Shown: positions 19,707-30,833 of the stretch, one piece after another
Layout of the letters: every line of letters starts with the position of its first letter
Numbering within the stretch: the first letter of the stretch is position 1
Assembly (NCBI GenBank): GCA_963700635.1
Contig: CAVOYH010000004.1
Coordinates: forward strand, 800,001-864,000
DNA length: 64,000 nucleotides
Direction: 5' to 3'
From: an uncultured Bacteroidota bacterium
GTDB lineage: Bacteria; Bacteroidota; Ignavibacteria; UBA10030; UBA6906
Notes under the pieces: model-generated
Told to the model about the DNA's origin: nothing
Seen by the model: the letters and a program-made list of their open reading frames with translations, nothing else
Database searches by the model: none
Program-made: the position numbers and the translations under genes

Positions 19707-22700
19707 TCAGAAACACTGGCGCAGTCTCCGAGAAGAACAGAACGCGGATTCGGTTCAGGATCTGAAGGCCCATGAATTCATGGACGGCGTGACAGATACC
19801 TTTACGCCGTCGGATCTCTCTCCGCTCTCCCGCAAACAGTTTCTGGCTCTGATGGCAGCCTCCGCAGCGTTCGCTGCCACCGGGTGCACAAACTACCGGG
19901 ACAAAGGGGAGATCGTCCCGTACAATAAGAAGCCGGAAGAGGTTACTCCGGGAAACGCAAATCAGTACGCCTCAACCTGTACCTCATGCCCCCAGGCCTG
20001 CGGCATTCTCATCAAAACGCGGGAAGGACGTCCGGTCAAACTTGACGGCAACCCGGATCATCCCGTGAACAAGGGGCGTACGTGCGCCACCGGGCAGGCT
20101 GCGGTGCTTGCGTTGTACGATCCGGCGCGTATCCGCGCGCCATATGCCGGGGCCGCTGGTTCGCAGACAGGCGAGGTGACGTGGGAGCAGATCGATGCCG
20201 AAACAGTGAAGCAGCTCGCTGCCTGCGTGCGGGACGGGAAGCAGATCGTCCTGATGACTTCACCCCTGGCCTCCCCCACGGCACAAAAGGTTCTGACAGA
20301 GTTCCGTGCGGCGTTTCCTCTGACCCGGATCGTGGTGTACGATCGGCTTCATCAGGAGACCCGGCGGAGTGCGTGGAAACAGTGTTATGGTGATGCTCCT
20401 CTCCCGGCTGTGGCATGGGAGAATGCAAGGCTTATCGTCGCCCTCGAGGCTGATATTCTCGGGACAGAGGGGTTCACGATCGAACAGACTCGAGCGTATG
20501 CGGGAGCGCGGGATATCCTCGTGTCCGATTCGTTTGTACGCCTGTATTGCGTCGAAGGGAACATGTCTCTTACCGGCACGAACGCGGATTACCGTCTGCG
20601 CCTCGCTCCGGATGCCCAGCTGGAGTTCGTGGTTGCACTCACGAAGTCCATAGCAGCGCGGCTGAAGGTCCCTGCCGGCCCGCTTCCTGTAAGTGCGGAT
20701 CTCGCAACGCTTGCCGATCGGAGAGGTCTCTCCGGGGCGACGCTGGCGCACCTGACAGACGATCTTGTCGCCCATCGCGGCAGGGGAATAGTCTATGCGG
20801 GTTCGGCGCTTGGCAGGGATGTGCAGACTGCCGTGAATTACCTGAACGACCTGCTCGGAAACACCGCGCTGTATGCCTCGGGTGAGCCCGCATCCTCAAC
20901 GCCTATTACACCTGCAACGGAAATCTCCGCCCTCGTGGCCGACATGAAATCTGGAAAAGTCGGGTTTGTGGCCCATCTGGATGTCAACCCCGTGTTTCAC
21001 CTCCCGGGGAGTCTGGGGTATGCGGAGGCGCTCAAGTTTGTTCCCCTTACCGTCGCGATGACTTCCTCGGAAACAGAAACCGGCCAGCGGTGTACCTACG
21101 TCCTCCCGATCCATACCATGCTGGAATCCTGGGGTGATCACAGTGTGAGGGCTGGCATCACTTCGCTCCAGCAGCCCGTGATCGCGCCGTTGTATGCGAC
21201 CAGGCAGAAGGAAGCGATCCTCCTCCACTGGATGTCGGGTTCAAAAACGTTCACCGAATCGCTTTATCACGAGTATCTGAAAAAGCACTGGGCCAGCGCA
21301 CTTTTTCCGGCGCTGGGTCGGGCCACGGATTTTGGTTCATTCTGGTTCTCAGCTCTGCACGACGGCGTCGTGACAGCGCCCCCGGCGCCGCGTGCGCCAC
21401 TACAATTCCGGAAGGATGCCCTGGCATCACTGCGCCTTCCCTCGTACAAAAACACCTATACTCTGCTGGTAGTGCCCGCTCCGTATGTGGGTGACGGGAC
21501 CTGGGCGAACAATGGCTGGCTACAGGAACTTCCGCACCCGGTCTCCAAGATCGTATGGGATAATTATGCAGCTGTCTCTCCTGCGACCGCGCTTGCTCTG
21601 GGAGTCGAGACCAATGATCTGCTCGACGTGACCACGGGTTCGGGGAAGGCCACACTTCCCGTGTTTGTACAACCGGGTAATGCAGAATCTCTTCTCTGCG
21701 TGTCACTGGGGTACGGGCGCCGTAATGGGGGACCGGTGGGGACTGGTGTCGGGGTGGACATTACTCCGCTCCTCCCGGAGGAATTCCTTACCGGAGAACG
21801 GTGGCTCCATCTGTCGGCGGTGGTCAAGGCCGACGGCACGTATCCGCTTGCATCCACGCAGGAACACCACTCGCTGGACGATGCATTTGTAAAAGATCTG
21901 CATGTGAAGCGGAAGATTATCCGGGAAGGTGTCCTGGAAGAATTCCGGAATGATCCTCATGTGCTGGGCATTGAACGCGAAGAATACAAGAGTATCAGTA
22001 CCCAGGTGGAGTATCCGGGCGTGAAGTGGGCGATGGCGATCGACCTGAACAAGTGCACGGGGTGTAACGCATGCGTGGCCGGCTGCAATGTGGAGAACAA
22101 TATTCCGGTGGTCGGAAAAGAACAGGTGGCAGAGGGGCGTGAGATGCAATGGATCCGGCTGGACCGGTACTACAGCGGGACGCCCGCGGAACCGATCGCG
22201 AGCCATCAACCGATGTTGTGCCAGCACTGCGACAATGCGCCCTGCGAAAACGTGTGCCCTGTGGTGGCGACGAACCACAGTCCGGACGGCCTCAATCAGA
22301 TGATCTACAACCGGTGCGTCGGAACAAAATATTGCTCGAACAACTGTCCGTACAAGGTCCGCCGCTTTAACTTCTTCAACTTCAGGGCCGAAACCGCGGA
22401 CGGGTATTACGATCAGGAACCCATTCCGCTGATGCACAATCCCGAAGTCACCGTACGCTCGCGCGGCGTGATGGAAAAATGCACCTTCTGCGTGCAGCGG
22501 ATCATGGAGGCGCGGCAGCATGCCACCGAGGCGGGAGCGGCCTTTGACGGGAAGGGAGTGAAGACAGCATGTCAGGAAGCATGTCCGGCCCAGGCTATCG
22601 AGTTCGGCAACGCACACGATCCGGGTGCGAAGATCGGCCGCTATCGGAATCACGTTCTGGGGTATGATGTGCTCGGGGAGTTGAATGTGCGGCCGAACGT

Positions 22701-22749
22701 CACATACCTTGCACGGCTACGAAACATCCATTCGGAGAAAGACGCGTGA
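19699..22749 (+). CDS. actB: alternative complex III subunit B (molybdopterin-oxidoreductase-like domain fused to Fe-S domain)
   Basis: N-terminal HWRSL; Tat-like SRKQFL with lipobox ATGC; [15 protein letters not shown]; NNGWLQELP; Fe-S motifs [38 protein letters not shown] and EKCTFC. Confidence 0.95.
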   Translation: MNDQKHWRSLREEQNADSVQDLKAHEFMDGVTDTFTPSDLSPLSRKQFLALMAASAAFAATGCTNYRDKGEIVPYNKKPEEVTPGNANQYASTCTSCPQACGILIKTREGRPVKLDGNPDHPVNKGRTCATGQAAVLALYDPARIRAPYAGAAGSQTGEVTWEQIDAETVKQLAACVRDGKQIVLMTSPLASPTAQKVLTEFRAAFPLTRIVVYDRLHQETRRSAWKQCYGDAPLPAVAWENARLIVALEADILGTEGFTIEQTRAYAGARDILVSDSFVRLYCVEGNMSLTGTNADYRLRLAPDAQLEFVVALTKSIAARLKVPAGPLPVSADLATLADRRGLSGATLAHLTDDLVAHRGRGIVYAGSALGRDVQTAVNYLNDLLGNTALYASGEPASSTPITPATEISALVADMKSGKVGFVAHLDVNPVFHLPGSLGYAEALKFVPLTVAMTSSETETGQRCTYVLPIHTMLESWGDHSVRAGITSLQQPVIAPLYATRQKEAILLHWMSGSKTFTESLYHEYLKKHWASALFPALGRATDFGSFWFSALHDGVVTAPPAPRAPLQFRKDALASLRLPSYKNTYTLLVVPAPYVGDGTWANNGWLQELPHPVSKIVWDNYAAVSPATALALGVETNDLLDVTTGSGKATLPVFVQPGNAESLLCVSLGYGRRNGGPVGTGVGVDITPLLPEEFLTGERWLHLSAVVKADGTYPLASTQEHHSLDDAFVKDLHVKRKIIREGVLEEFRNDPHVLGIEREEYKSISTQVEYPGVKWAMAIDLNKCTGCNACVAGCNVENNIPVVGKEQVAEGREMQWIRLDRYYSGTPAEPIASHQPMLCQHCDNAPCENVCPVVATNHSPDGLNQMIYNRCVGTKYCSNNCPYKVRRFNFFNFRAETADGYYDQEPIPLMHNPEVTVRSRGVMEKCTFCVQRIMEARQHATEAGAAFDGKGVKTACQEACPAQAIEFGNAHDPGAKIGRYRNHVLGYDVLGELNVRPNVTYLARLRNIHSEKDA

Positions 22750-24122
22750 GCAATACTCTCGTCGATTACACCATCGAGGAGCCGGTTGTCACCGGAAGCC
22801 CGACTGCCTCAGAAATTGACGCGGTCGTCTCTGCTCCCCTTGATCAGTTCCCGACACGTACCTGGTGGATAACGTTCGCTGTGACGTCCACGATGCTGGG
22901 CATCGGCGCTGTCTGCGTCGGCGTATCACTCTGGTTCGGTCTGGGCATGTGGGGTGTGAATCAGCCGGTGTCGTGGGGCTTTGATATCGTTAACTTCGTC
23001 TTCTGGGTCGGCATCGGCCATGCAGGCACCCTGATTTCTGCGATCCTTTTCTTGCTGCGCCAGCGTTGGAGAAACGGTATTGCCCGCTTCGCCGAGGCCA
23101 TGACCATCTTTGCCGTCATGTGTGCGGGCATGTTTCCCCTGCTGCATACGGGCCGCCCCTGGCTGCCATTATACCTGATGCCGTATCCGAACCAGCACGC
23201 CTTGTGGGTCAATTTTACGTCGCCGCTTCTGTGGGATGTGTTTGCGGTCTCCACCTATTTTACGGTGTCTGCGGTGTTCTGGTATCTGGGGCTGGTGCCC
23301 GATTTTGCCACGCTGCGTGACCGGACGACACACCGGGTGAAGAAGGTGGTCTATTCCATCTTCAGTCTGGGCTGGCGGCACTCGAGCAGGCACTGGCAGC
23401 ATTTTGAACGCGCCTATCTTATCCTCGCGGGGTTTGCCACGCCTCTGGTGCTCTCTGTTCATACGATTGTAAGTTTTGACTTTGCCGTGTCGGTAATTCC
23501 GGGATGGCATACCACAATTTTTCCCCCGTACTTCGTTGCCGGGGCGGTGTTTTCAGGGTTCGCCATGGTGCAGAACTGCCTGATCGTCGTGCGGCACCTG
23601 TTCCATCTGAAGCACCTGATCCCCCTGGCAACGCTCGAGAAAATGAACAAGGTGATGATCGTTACGGGGAGCATGGTGGGATATGCGTACGGAATGGAGT
23701 TCTTTATCGCATGGTACAGCGGGAGCCAGTTCGAGACGTTTGTGTTTATCAACCGTGCTCTCGGACCGTATGCCTGGGCGTACTGGACGATGATCTCGTG
23801 TAATGTTCTGTTCCCGCAGTTGTTCTGGTTCAAGAAGGTACGCCGTTCGATACCCATGATGTTTGTGATCGCGGTGCTGGTAAACGTGGGGATGTGGTTC
23901 GAACGGTTCGTGATTATTGTGACGTCACTTTCCCGCGATTTTCTCCCCTCGAGCTGGGGGCATTATGTGCCGTCAATCTATGACATCGGGATTTTTGTCG
24001 GAAGTCTCGGGTTGTTCTTCACGTTGATATTGTTGTTTGTCCGTGTGTTGCCGGTCATCTCGCTCTCCGAAATCAAGTCAGTCATTTCGGGCGCTCAGCC
24101 GGAACAGCACACACAAAGTTGA
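22746..24122 (+). CDS. actC: alternative complex III subunit C (NrfD/PsrC family quinol-binding membrane subunit)
   Basis: Motifs [54 protein letters not shown] and GMWFERFVI. Confidence 0.96.
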   Translation: MSNTLVDYTIEEPVVTGSPTASEIDAVVSAPLDQFPTRTWWITFAVTSTMLGIGAVCVGVSLWFGLGMWGVNQPVSWGFDIVNFVFWVGIGHAGTLISAILFLLRQRWRNGIARFAEAMTIFAVMCAGMFPLLHTGRPWLPLYLMPYPNQHALWVNFTSPLLWDVFAVSTYFTVSAVFWYLGLVPDFATLRDRTTHRVKKVVYSIFSLGWRHSSRHWQHFERAYLILAGFATPLVLSVHTIVSFDFAVSVIPGWHTTIFPPYFVAGAVFSGFAMVQNCLIVVRHLFHLKHLIPLATLEKMNKVMIVTGSMVGYAYGMEFFIAWYSGSQFETFVFINRALGPYAWAYWTMISCNVLFPQLFWFKKVRRSIPMMFVIAVLVNVGMWFERFVIIVTSLSRDFLPSSWGHYVPSIYDIGIFVGSLGLFFTLILLFVRVLPVISLSEIKSVISGAQPEQHTQS

Positions 24123-24151
24123 GCACGGATTCATCCGGAAGACAGCGAAGT

Positions 24152-25288
24152 ATGGAAAAGCCCTTGTACAGTCTGACCGCCCTGTTTGACTCCCCGGACG
24201 CGTTGTTGCGCGCGGCGGATGCTACGGTGAAGGCGGGGTACACGCGCTACGACACGCATGCACCCTATCCGGTGCACGGCATTGAGCGGTCGATGCGCCT
24301 GAAAACTTCGCCCCTCGGCTATTTTGCGATGGTCTTCGGTCTGCTCGGTGCCTTCGGCAGCGTGGGACTGATGACCTGGATCACTCTGGTGGATTATCCG
24401 CTTGTCATCGGGGGAAAGCCGTTCTGGTCATGGCCCGCCTTTGTGCCTGTTGCCTTTGAAGTGACGGTGCTTCTGGCTTCCGTGCTCACCGTGGTCGCCA
24501 TGATCGTGGTCTTCTTCAAATTTCCGAATAACAGTCATCCGTTGCACGATACGCCGTATATGAAGCGTGTCTCATCGGACGGTTTCGGAATCAGCATCGA
24601 GGCCGCCGATCCGCTGTTCGAGGAATCCCGCGTCCGGACCTTGCTGAGTTCTCTGGGTGGCAGGGAGATAGGACCGGTGTATTTTGACGTGGAGGACCGG
24701 AATCACGGGCAGAAGGTGTTTGACCTGAAGTTCGTCGGACTGCTCGCCGGTGTGGGAGTGGCTGTTGCGGGCGTCACGTATTTTTCGCTCAACGTCTTGC
24801 TGTATATGGAGCCGTTCTCCTGGATGATGCTTCAGGATAAGCTGAAACCGCAGGAGGCGAGTACGTTCTTCAAGGACGGTTTCGGGATGCGCCCCCCCGT
24901 CCAGGGAACGGTCGCACGGGGATTCCTCCCCTACGCATACAAGGGGCGGCCGGATGATGCGGGGAAGTATCTTGTCAATCCTCTTCCCGTGACCAAAGGG
25001 GTTCTGGATATGGGGCGTGAGAAGTACCTCACGTTCTGCAGCCCCTGTCATGGCAACTTCGGTCAGGCGGACAGCCGGCTTGCCGGTCAATTCCCCAATC
25101 CCCCGACCCTGCATACTGACAAACTCAGGAACTGGAGCGATGGCAGCCTCTATCATGTTATTACCGACGGGCAGAATGTGATGCCCTCGTACGCTGCACA
25201 GGTGAGCCGGGATGAGCGGTGGGCGATTGTGCACTATGTCCGCGTGCTGCAGCGCGCCCATCATGCAAAGGAGTCCGATCTGCAATGA
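24152..25288 (+). CDS. actDE: fused ActD (DUF3341) - ActE (monoheme cytochrome c)
   Basis: DUF3341 motifs PYPVHG, IGGKP and PVAFEVTVL, followed by MRPPVQGTVARG, CSPCH and MPSYA...RWAIVHYVR. Confidence 0.88.
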   Translation: MEKPLYSLTALFDSPDALLRAADATVKAGYTRYDTHAPYPVHGIERSMRLKTSPLGYFAMVFGLLGAFGSVGLMTWITLVDYPLVIGGKPFWSWPAFVPVAFEVTVLLASVLTVVAMIVVFFKFPNNSHPLHDTPYMKRVSSDGFGISIEAADPLFEESRVRTLLSSLGGREIGPVYFDVEDRNHGQKVFDLKFVGLLAGVGVAVAGVTYFSLNVLLYMEPFSWMMLQDKLKPQEASTFFKDGFGMRPPVQGTVARGFLPYAYKGRPDDAGKYLVNPLPVTKGVLDMGREKYLTFCSPCHGNFGQADSRLAGQFPNPPTLHTDKLRNWSDGSLYHVITDGQNVMPSYAAQVSRDERWAIVHYVRVLQRAHHAKESDLQ

Positions 25289-26469
25289 GCATCGACACAC
25301 ATACCACGTCGTCCGTCAGCAAGGCGCTCTCACCGGAGGTTGACCGGATCGGCCTTATTGTTCTCGGAGTGGGAATCGTGCTGGTGATCGCGGCCTACAT
25401 CTTTGAACCGGTAAGGGCTTCGTTCGATTCGGTTATTCTGTACCTCTTTATGGTCAGCCTGGCCGTGGGCGCGCTGTTCCTGCTGGCACTGGAGTATATC
25501 ACCGGAGCAGTCTGGAGTGTGCCGATGCGGCGGGTGACGGAGTTTCTGGCCGGACTCTCTCCCTTCCTGATTCTGCTTGTTTTGCCATTGTTCCTGAATC
25601 TGCATGACATCTTTCACTGGGCGGACGCCGAATCGGTCCGCCAGGACCCGCTTCTTCAGGCAAAAACACCGTATCTGAATGTGTCATTTCTTACAATCCG
25701 GACGCTGGTGTTCCTCGGAATCTGGATCGGGTTTTCGGCGCTGTTTGTGAGGAATTCAACGCAACAGGACGTCACCCGTGATCCCGCGCTGACCCGGAGG
25801 AATGTGCTCCTTGCAGCGTTCTTCCTCCCGCTCTTCGCAATCACCATCACCTTCACTGCGATTGATTGGGGGATGAGTCTTGACCCGCACTGGTTCTCAA
25901 CGATCTATGGCGTGTACTACTTCTCGGGAACTGTCCTTGCCGCCCTTGCAGCTGTGACGCTCATCGTCGTGCTGCTTCATGAGCGGGGTTATCTCCCCGG
26001 ACTCCGGCGGGATCATTTCTACAGTCTCGGCGCGCTGATGTTCGGATTTGTGAACTTCTGGGCCTACATTGCGTTCAGCCAATTTCTTCTCATCTGGTAC
26101 GCCAATCTCCCCGAGGAGACGTACTGGTTTATGGCCCGGTGGGAGAACGGATGGCAGTTTGTATCCGTGCTCCTGATCCTGATGCATTTTGCCGTGCCCT
26201 ACTTCGTGCTTTTGCCGCAGGAAGCAAAAATGGACACCCGCCGGTTGAAGGTCATGGCGGTGTGGCTCCTTGTGGCGCGTTTTCTGGATCTGTACTGGCT
26301 TGTGATGCCCACCCACAGCCACTCGGTTTCCTTCAGCTGGGTCGAGCTGGGTTTCCCGGTCGTTGGTGTGGGGATCGTTATCTTGCTCTTCTCCTGGAAG
26401 AGTAAACGATACAATCTTGTTCCTATCGGTGACCCGAAACTGAAACGCGGCATGGATTTCCATCTGTAA
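25285..26469 (+). CDS. actF: alternative complex III subunit F (NrfD-like membrane subunit)
   Basis: Motifs DWGMSLDPHWFSTIYG, FWAYIAFSQFLLIWYANLPEET and P-GDP. Confidence 0.93.
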   Translation: MSIDTHTTSSVSKALSPEVDRIGLIVLGVGIVLVIAAYIFEPVRASFDSVILYLFMVSLAVGALFLLALEYITGAVWSVPMRRVTEFLAGLSPFLILLVLPLFLNLHDIFHWADAESVRQDPLLQAKTPYLNVSFLTIRTLVFLGIWIGFSALFVRNSTQQDVTRDPALTRRNVLLAAFFLPLFAITITFTAIDWGMSLDPHWFSTIYGVYYFSGTVLAALAAVTLIVVLLHERGYLPGLRRDHFYSLGALMFGFVNFWAYIAFSQFLLIWYANLPEETYWFMARWENGWQFVSVLLILMHFAVPYFVLLPQEAKMDTRRLKVMAVWLLVARFLDLYWLVMPTHSHSVSFSWVELGFPVVGVGIVILLFSWKSKRYNLVPIGDPKLKRGMDFHL

Positions 26470-26487
26470 CTCAACCAAGGACGCAGG

Positions 26488-27423
26488 ATGGATCAGCAGT
26501 CACACTATAAGGCAGAGACGGACTTCAGGGATCTTCTCCGTGCGCCGCACAGACTTTTCGGTTATACGTATTTGTATTTCCTCGGCGTCCTTGTGCTCAT
26601 CGGGGTTCTGTACGTGGACAACCTTACGGCAGTAGGACACAATACAGTGATGCCGGTCGTGCTCAAAGATTCGTCCGCATTCGTCCAGGATATCCCGTAC
26701 CAATCTCCCGGGGTGTTGCCCCCGGTGGACGTACGTGCCGCTGCCATTCCAACGGAGGCGATGATCACGCGGGGCAGGGAAGTGTACCGGGCGAACTGCT
26801 CATCCTGCCATGGTGAAAACGGCCAGGGTGATGGTCCCGCCGGACTCCTCCTGAACCCGAAGCCGCGTAATTTTCACGTGGCTGAGGGATGGACGAATGG
26901 TGCGACAATATCCGGGATCTACAAGACGCTTCAGGAAGGGATCATACGTAATGGCATGGCGTCGTACGGATATCTGCCCCCGGGTGATCGTTTTGCCATG
27001 ATCCACCTTATCCGCAAATTTTATCCTGCGCCGCCAGCTGATACCGAGCAGGAGCTCCTGCAGCTGGAAACGGTCTATCAGCTTTCGAAAGGGAGTGTCA
27101 TCGCCGCACAAATCCCGGTGCGTCTGGCTGCCCGACGGATCACTGAGGAGCAATCTGCCGGGGTAGCGGAGGTGGCAAAGGAAACCCGAAGATTGGCAAA
27201 CACGGAGAATGCCGCCGGCTCTCTTTTTGCGCGCGTTGCTGCGAATCCCAAACGGGTTCTTACGGCCATGCGCTCGGCAGAAAAACACATTTCTACGCTT
27301 GATGAATTTATCCGCCTTGTCGCACCCGATCCGGCCCAACTCGGTTTCCATGCCTCCGTCAATCAGCTGAACCGGGATGACTGGGCCACACTGTATCAGT
27401 TTATCCGAAGAGGGATACTATGA
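26488..27423 (+). CDS. membrane-anchored monoheme class I cytochrome c
   Basis: N-terminal TM; CSSCHGENGQGDGP; PKPRNF; likely axial Met in GMASY. Confidence 0.85.
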   Translation: MDQQSHYKAETDFRDLLRAPHRLFGYTYLYFLGVLVLIGVLYVDNLTAVGHNTVMPVVLKDSSAFVQDIPYQSPGVLPPVDVRAAAIPTEAMITRGREVYRANCSSCHGENGQGDGPAGLLLNPKPRNFHVAEGWTNGATISGIYKTLQEGIIRNGMASYGYLPPGDRFAMIHLIRKFYPAPPADTEQELLQLETVYQLSKGSVIAAQIPVRLAARRITEEQSAGVAEVAKETRRLANTENAAGSLFARVAANPKRVLTAMRSAEKHISTLDEFIRLVAPDPAQLGFHASVNQLNRDDWATLYQFIRRGIL

Positions 27424-28211
27424 AACGTCATGGAATGCGATTCCTGCTTCCGTTGGTTTTATTGTCGACATGTGTGCTGCGGCTCCACGCGCTGACGCCG
27501 GTTGATCCCGCGCCAGAAATCGGCATCATGGAAAAATTGGGGGATACTCTCCCGCTGCAGCTGGAAGTGTACGATGAACGCGGTTATCTCGTGCCGCTCA
27601 AGGACATCGTCAAACATCCTACGGTCCTGACCTTTGTCTATTTTCGATGCCCCAGTATCTGCAGTCCGCTCCTCACAGAGGTCGCACGGATCGTGGACAA
27701 ACTCGACCTAGAGGTGGGGACAGACTACCAGATTGTCACGCTGAGTTTCGACCACCGTGAAAAACCGGAGCTCGCAGCACAGAAAAAAGAGAGTTATCTG
27801 AATTCACTAAAACAGAAGATCGATCCGGATGGATGGCGGTTCCTTACCGCCGACAGCGCCACGATCCGGCAGATCACCGATGCTGCGGGATTTTACTTCA
27901 AACAGGACGGGAACGACTTTATTCATGCCGGGGCGTTGATTGTGATTTCGCCTGAAGGCAAGGTCACCCGCTACATCAATGGTATCCAGTATCTTCCGTT
28001 TGATGTTAAAATGGCGGTCATGGAGGCCGCGGAGGGACGTACCGGTCCGACAATCGCGAAACTTCTGAAGTTCTGCTACCGGTACGATCCTGAAGGCAAG
28101 ACGTACACGATGAATATCACGCGTGTCTCGGGAATCGTCGTGGTTCTCCTTGTTGGCGTATTTGCGGGCGTGTTCATCTTCCGTCCGCGGAAAAAGAAAG
28201 CTGAAAGGTAA
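27420..28211 (+). CDS. SCO1/SenC family copper chaperone
   Basis: Signal peptide, YFRCPSIC (CxxxC), FIH and a C-terminal TM. Confidence 0.9.
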   Translation: MKRHGMRFLLPLVLLSTCVLRLHALTPVDPAPEIGIMEKLGDTLPLQLEVYDERGYLVPLKDIVKHPTVLTFVYFRCPSICSPLLTEVARIVDKLDLEVGTDYQIVTLSFDHREKPELAAQKKESYLNSLKQKIDPDGWRFLTADSATIRQITDAAGFYFKQDGNDFIHAGALIVISPEGKVTRYINGIQYLPFDVKMAVMEAAEGRTGPTIAKLLKFCYRYDPEGKTYTMNITRVSGIVVVLLVGVFAGVFIFRPRKKKAER

Positions 28212-28218
28212 GACCTTT

Positions 28219-29865
28219 ATGGAACAGGTAACTGTGTCCGGACAACCGGGCACCCGTGGATTCTACGCCGAACCGGGGAGATTTACGGGCATCCGGGGGT
28301 GGATTTTCAGTACGGACCACAAGCGGATCGGCATGTTGTATCTGGTGTCGATGGCAGTCTTCTTTCTGGTGGCGGTCACGTTCGGATTTATTATGCGTCT
28401 GGAGATGCTGACGCCGGGGGAGACCGTTATAGAGGCGCAGACGTATAACACCTTCTTTACGCTGCACGGCATCATGATGATTTTTCTTTTTATTATTCCC
28501 GGGTTGCCGGCAGTGTTCGGAAATTTCTTCCTGCCCCTTCTGATTGGAGCAAAAGATGTCTTCTTTCCACGGCTGAATCTTCTCTCGTGGTGGCTCTTCA
28601 TCACCGGCGGTCTCCTTGCCCTGGTGTCGGTGTTTCTTCCGGGCGGAGCTGCGGATACGGGCTGGACATTTTACGTCCCGTACAGCGTGCGCACCTCTAC
28701 GAATGTTTTGCCGGCGCTCGTTGCGGCCTTTATCCTGGGATTCTCGTCGATACTCACCGGCCTGAACTTTGTCACCACGATCCATCGGATGCGGGCACCC
28801 GGCATGACATGGTTCCGGATGCCGCTCTTTGTCTGGTCACTCTACTCCACCGCCTGGGTTCAGGTCCTGGCCACACCCATCATCGGAATCACGCTGGTGC
28901 TTGTGATCCTGGAACGGTGGTTCGGGGTCGGGATTTTTGATCCTGCACTGGGTGGCGATCCGGTCCTGTACCAGCACCTGTTCTGGATCTATTCCCACCC
29001 AGCAGTGTATATCATGATCCTGCCGGGACTTGGCATCGTCTCGGAGATTCTTCCGGTTTTTGCGCGGAGGACGATTTTCGGGTACAAATTTATCGCATTC
29101 TCGAGTGTGGCCATTGCGGGACTGGGATCGCTGGTCTGGGCACACCACATGTTCACGGTAGGGATGAGTGACACCGGAATGTTTGTCTTCTCCCTTCTGA
29201 CGTTTCTGGTTTCCATTCCCAGTGCGATCAAGGTCTTCAACTGGGTCGCGACGCTCTACAAGGGGTCCATTGTGCTTGAGGTCCCCCTGCTCTTTGTCCT
29301 CTCGTTTATAGTCCAGTTTTCCATCGGGGGCTTTACCGGTTTGATGCTGGGCGCCCTGGCGGTAAATATTCACGTCCAGGATACGTATTTTGTCGTGGGA
29401 CATTTTCACTATGTGATGTTCGGGGGGACCGGATTCGGTCTTTTCGCGGCCATGCACTACTGGTTCCCGAAGATGTTCGGAAGGATGTACAAGCAGGCGC
29501 CGGCCATGATTGCATGGTTGCTCACGACGATCGGGTTTAACCTGTTCTATTTTCCATTTTTCTTTCTGGGATATTTCGGGATGCCCCGGCGGTATTATGA
29601 CTACCTGCCGGAGTTCCAGACCTATCAGGTTGTTGCGACCGTCGGATCGTGGATCCTCGTGCTGGGAATTCTCGTGATGATCGTAAATCTCCTGGTATCC
29701 TTAAAGCGCGGAAAACCCGCGCCGGCGAACCCATGGGGTGGCCGCACGCTGGAGTGGACGGTTTCATCCCCACCGCCCATGGAGAATTTCCACACCATCC
29801 CGACGGTGACCACCGGTCCCTACGACTATTCGGAGTACGAACAACGATCAACGGAGCACTCGTGA
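28219..29865 (+). CDS. ctaD: heme-copper oxidase subunit I (type A2)
   Basis: Motifs TDHKRIG, TLHG, GWTFY, LFWIYSHPAVYIMILP (YS motif), WAHHM, HFHY and GMPRRY. Confidence 0.97.
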   Translation: MEQVTVSGQPGTRGFYAEPGRFTGIRGWIFSTDHKRIGMLYLVSMAVFFLVAVTFGFIMRLEMLTPGETVIEAQTYNTFFTLHGIMMIFLFIIPGLPAVFGNFFLPLLIGAKDVFFPRLNLLSWWLFITGGLLALVSVFLPGGAADTGWTFYVPYSVRTSTNVLPALVAAFILGFSSILTGLNFVTTIHRMRAPGMTWFRMPLFVWSLYSTAWVQVLATPIIGITLVLVILERWFGVGIFDPALGGDPVLYQHLFWIYSHPAVYIMILPGLGIVSEILPVFARRTIFGYKFIAFSSVAIAGLGSLVWAHHMFTVGMSDTGMFVFSLLTFLVSIPSAIKVFNWVATLYKGSIVLEVPLLFVLSFIVQFSIGGFTGLMLGALAVNIHVQDTYFVVGHFHYVMFGGTGFGLFAAMHYWFPKMFGRMYKQAPAMIAWLLTTIGFNLFYFPFFFLGYFGMPRRYYDYLPEFQTYQVVATVGSWILVLGILVMIVNLLVSLKRGKPAPANPWGGRTLEWTVSSPPPMENFHTIPTVTTGPYDYSEYEQRSTEHS

Positions 29866-30491
29866 GCAGCACTGTCCACGGCGCTGCCGCCGGAGCGCAC
29901 GCTCATCGTGATGATGTCGGGTCGCGCCTCGGCATGTGGCTTTTCCTCTTTACGGAGTTGATTCTCTTCGGCGGGCTTTTTCTGGTCTATGCGGTGTACC
30001 GGTTTGTTCACCCGGACGCATTCCATCTCGCTGCCTCAGAACTTGATACCTTCGTGGGGATGGCAAACACCATCATTCTCCTTACAAGCAGCCTCACCGT
30101 CGCGATGTCGATCACGGCGATACAGGATGGAAAGAAACAACTCGCGCTCGCGCTTGTGGGTTTGACTCTCGTGCTTGCCCTCGCATTTCTGGTGAACAAG
30201 TACTTTGAGTGGGACCACAAGTTTGCGGCGGGACTGTATCCGGGCGCGCCCGAGCTGCTCGCCCAACCGCAGGGTGTGATTCTCTATTTTGGATTGTATT
30301 TTGTGATGACCGGACTTCACGCACTCCACGTCGTTATCGGCATGGGCGTGCTTGTGTATGACTTTCTGGCCATTCGGAGCGGCACCATCCATGCGACTTC
30401 GTTCGTCCGGCTGGAGTCCGGGGCACTGTACTGGCACCTGGTGGATATTATCTGGATCTTTCTTTTTCCCCTGTTCTATCTGCTGCACTGA
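29862..30491 (+). CDS. ctaE: heme-copper oxidase subunit III
   Basis: Motifs GMWLFLFTE, NTIILLTSS, MTGLHALHV and YWHLVDIIWIFLFPLFY. Confidence 0.95.
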   Translation: MSSTVHGAAAGAHAHRDDVGSRLGMWLFLFTELILFGGLFLVYAVYRFVHPDAFHLAASELDTFVGMANTIILLTSSLTVAMSITAIQDGKKQLALALVGLTLVLALAFLVNKYFEWDHKFAAGLYPGAPELLAQPQGVILYFGLYFVMTGLHALHVVIGMGVLVYDFLAIRSGTIHATSFVRLESGALYWHLVDIIWIFLFPLFYLLH

Positions 30492-30500
30492 GGATCGACC

Positions 30501-30806
30501 ATGAATCAGAACACCACAACACATGACACGGTGACGCCCCACCGGATCTCGTACGGACAGTACATCCTGATCTGGTTCGGACTCCTGGGACTCACAGCAC
30601 TCACGGTATCCCTTGCCGGTATCGAGCTGGGGCGCTGGGTCATTATCACCGCAATGACCATCGCCTCGATCAAGAGTCTGCTGGTATTGAACATCTTTAT
30701 GCATCTGCGCTTTGAAGAGAGGATATTCCGGATCTTCGCGCTTGTTGCGCTCGTTACGCTGGTGGTCTTTATCGTGCTGACGTTTTTCGACTATGCCTTT
30801 CACTGA
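30501..30806 (+). CDS. ctaF: heme-copper oxidase subunit IV
   Basis: Three TM helices; K-LLV--FMHL motif; lies between subunits III and II. Confidence 0.85.
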   Translation: MNQNTTTHDTVTPHRISYGQYILIWFGLLGLTALTVSLAGIELGRWVIITAMTIASIKSLLVLNIFMHLRFEERIFRIFALVALVTLVVFIVLTFFDYAFH

Positions 30807-30833
30807 CAGCCGGTCTGTCCGGAGAATGCACTC

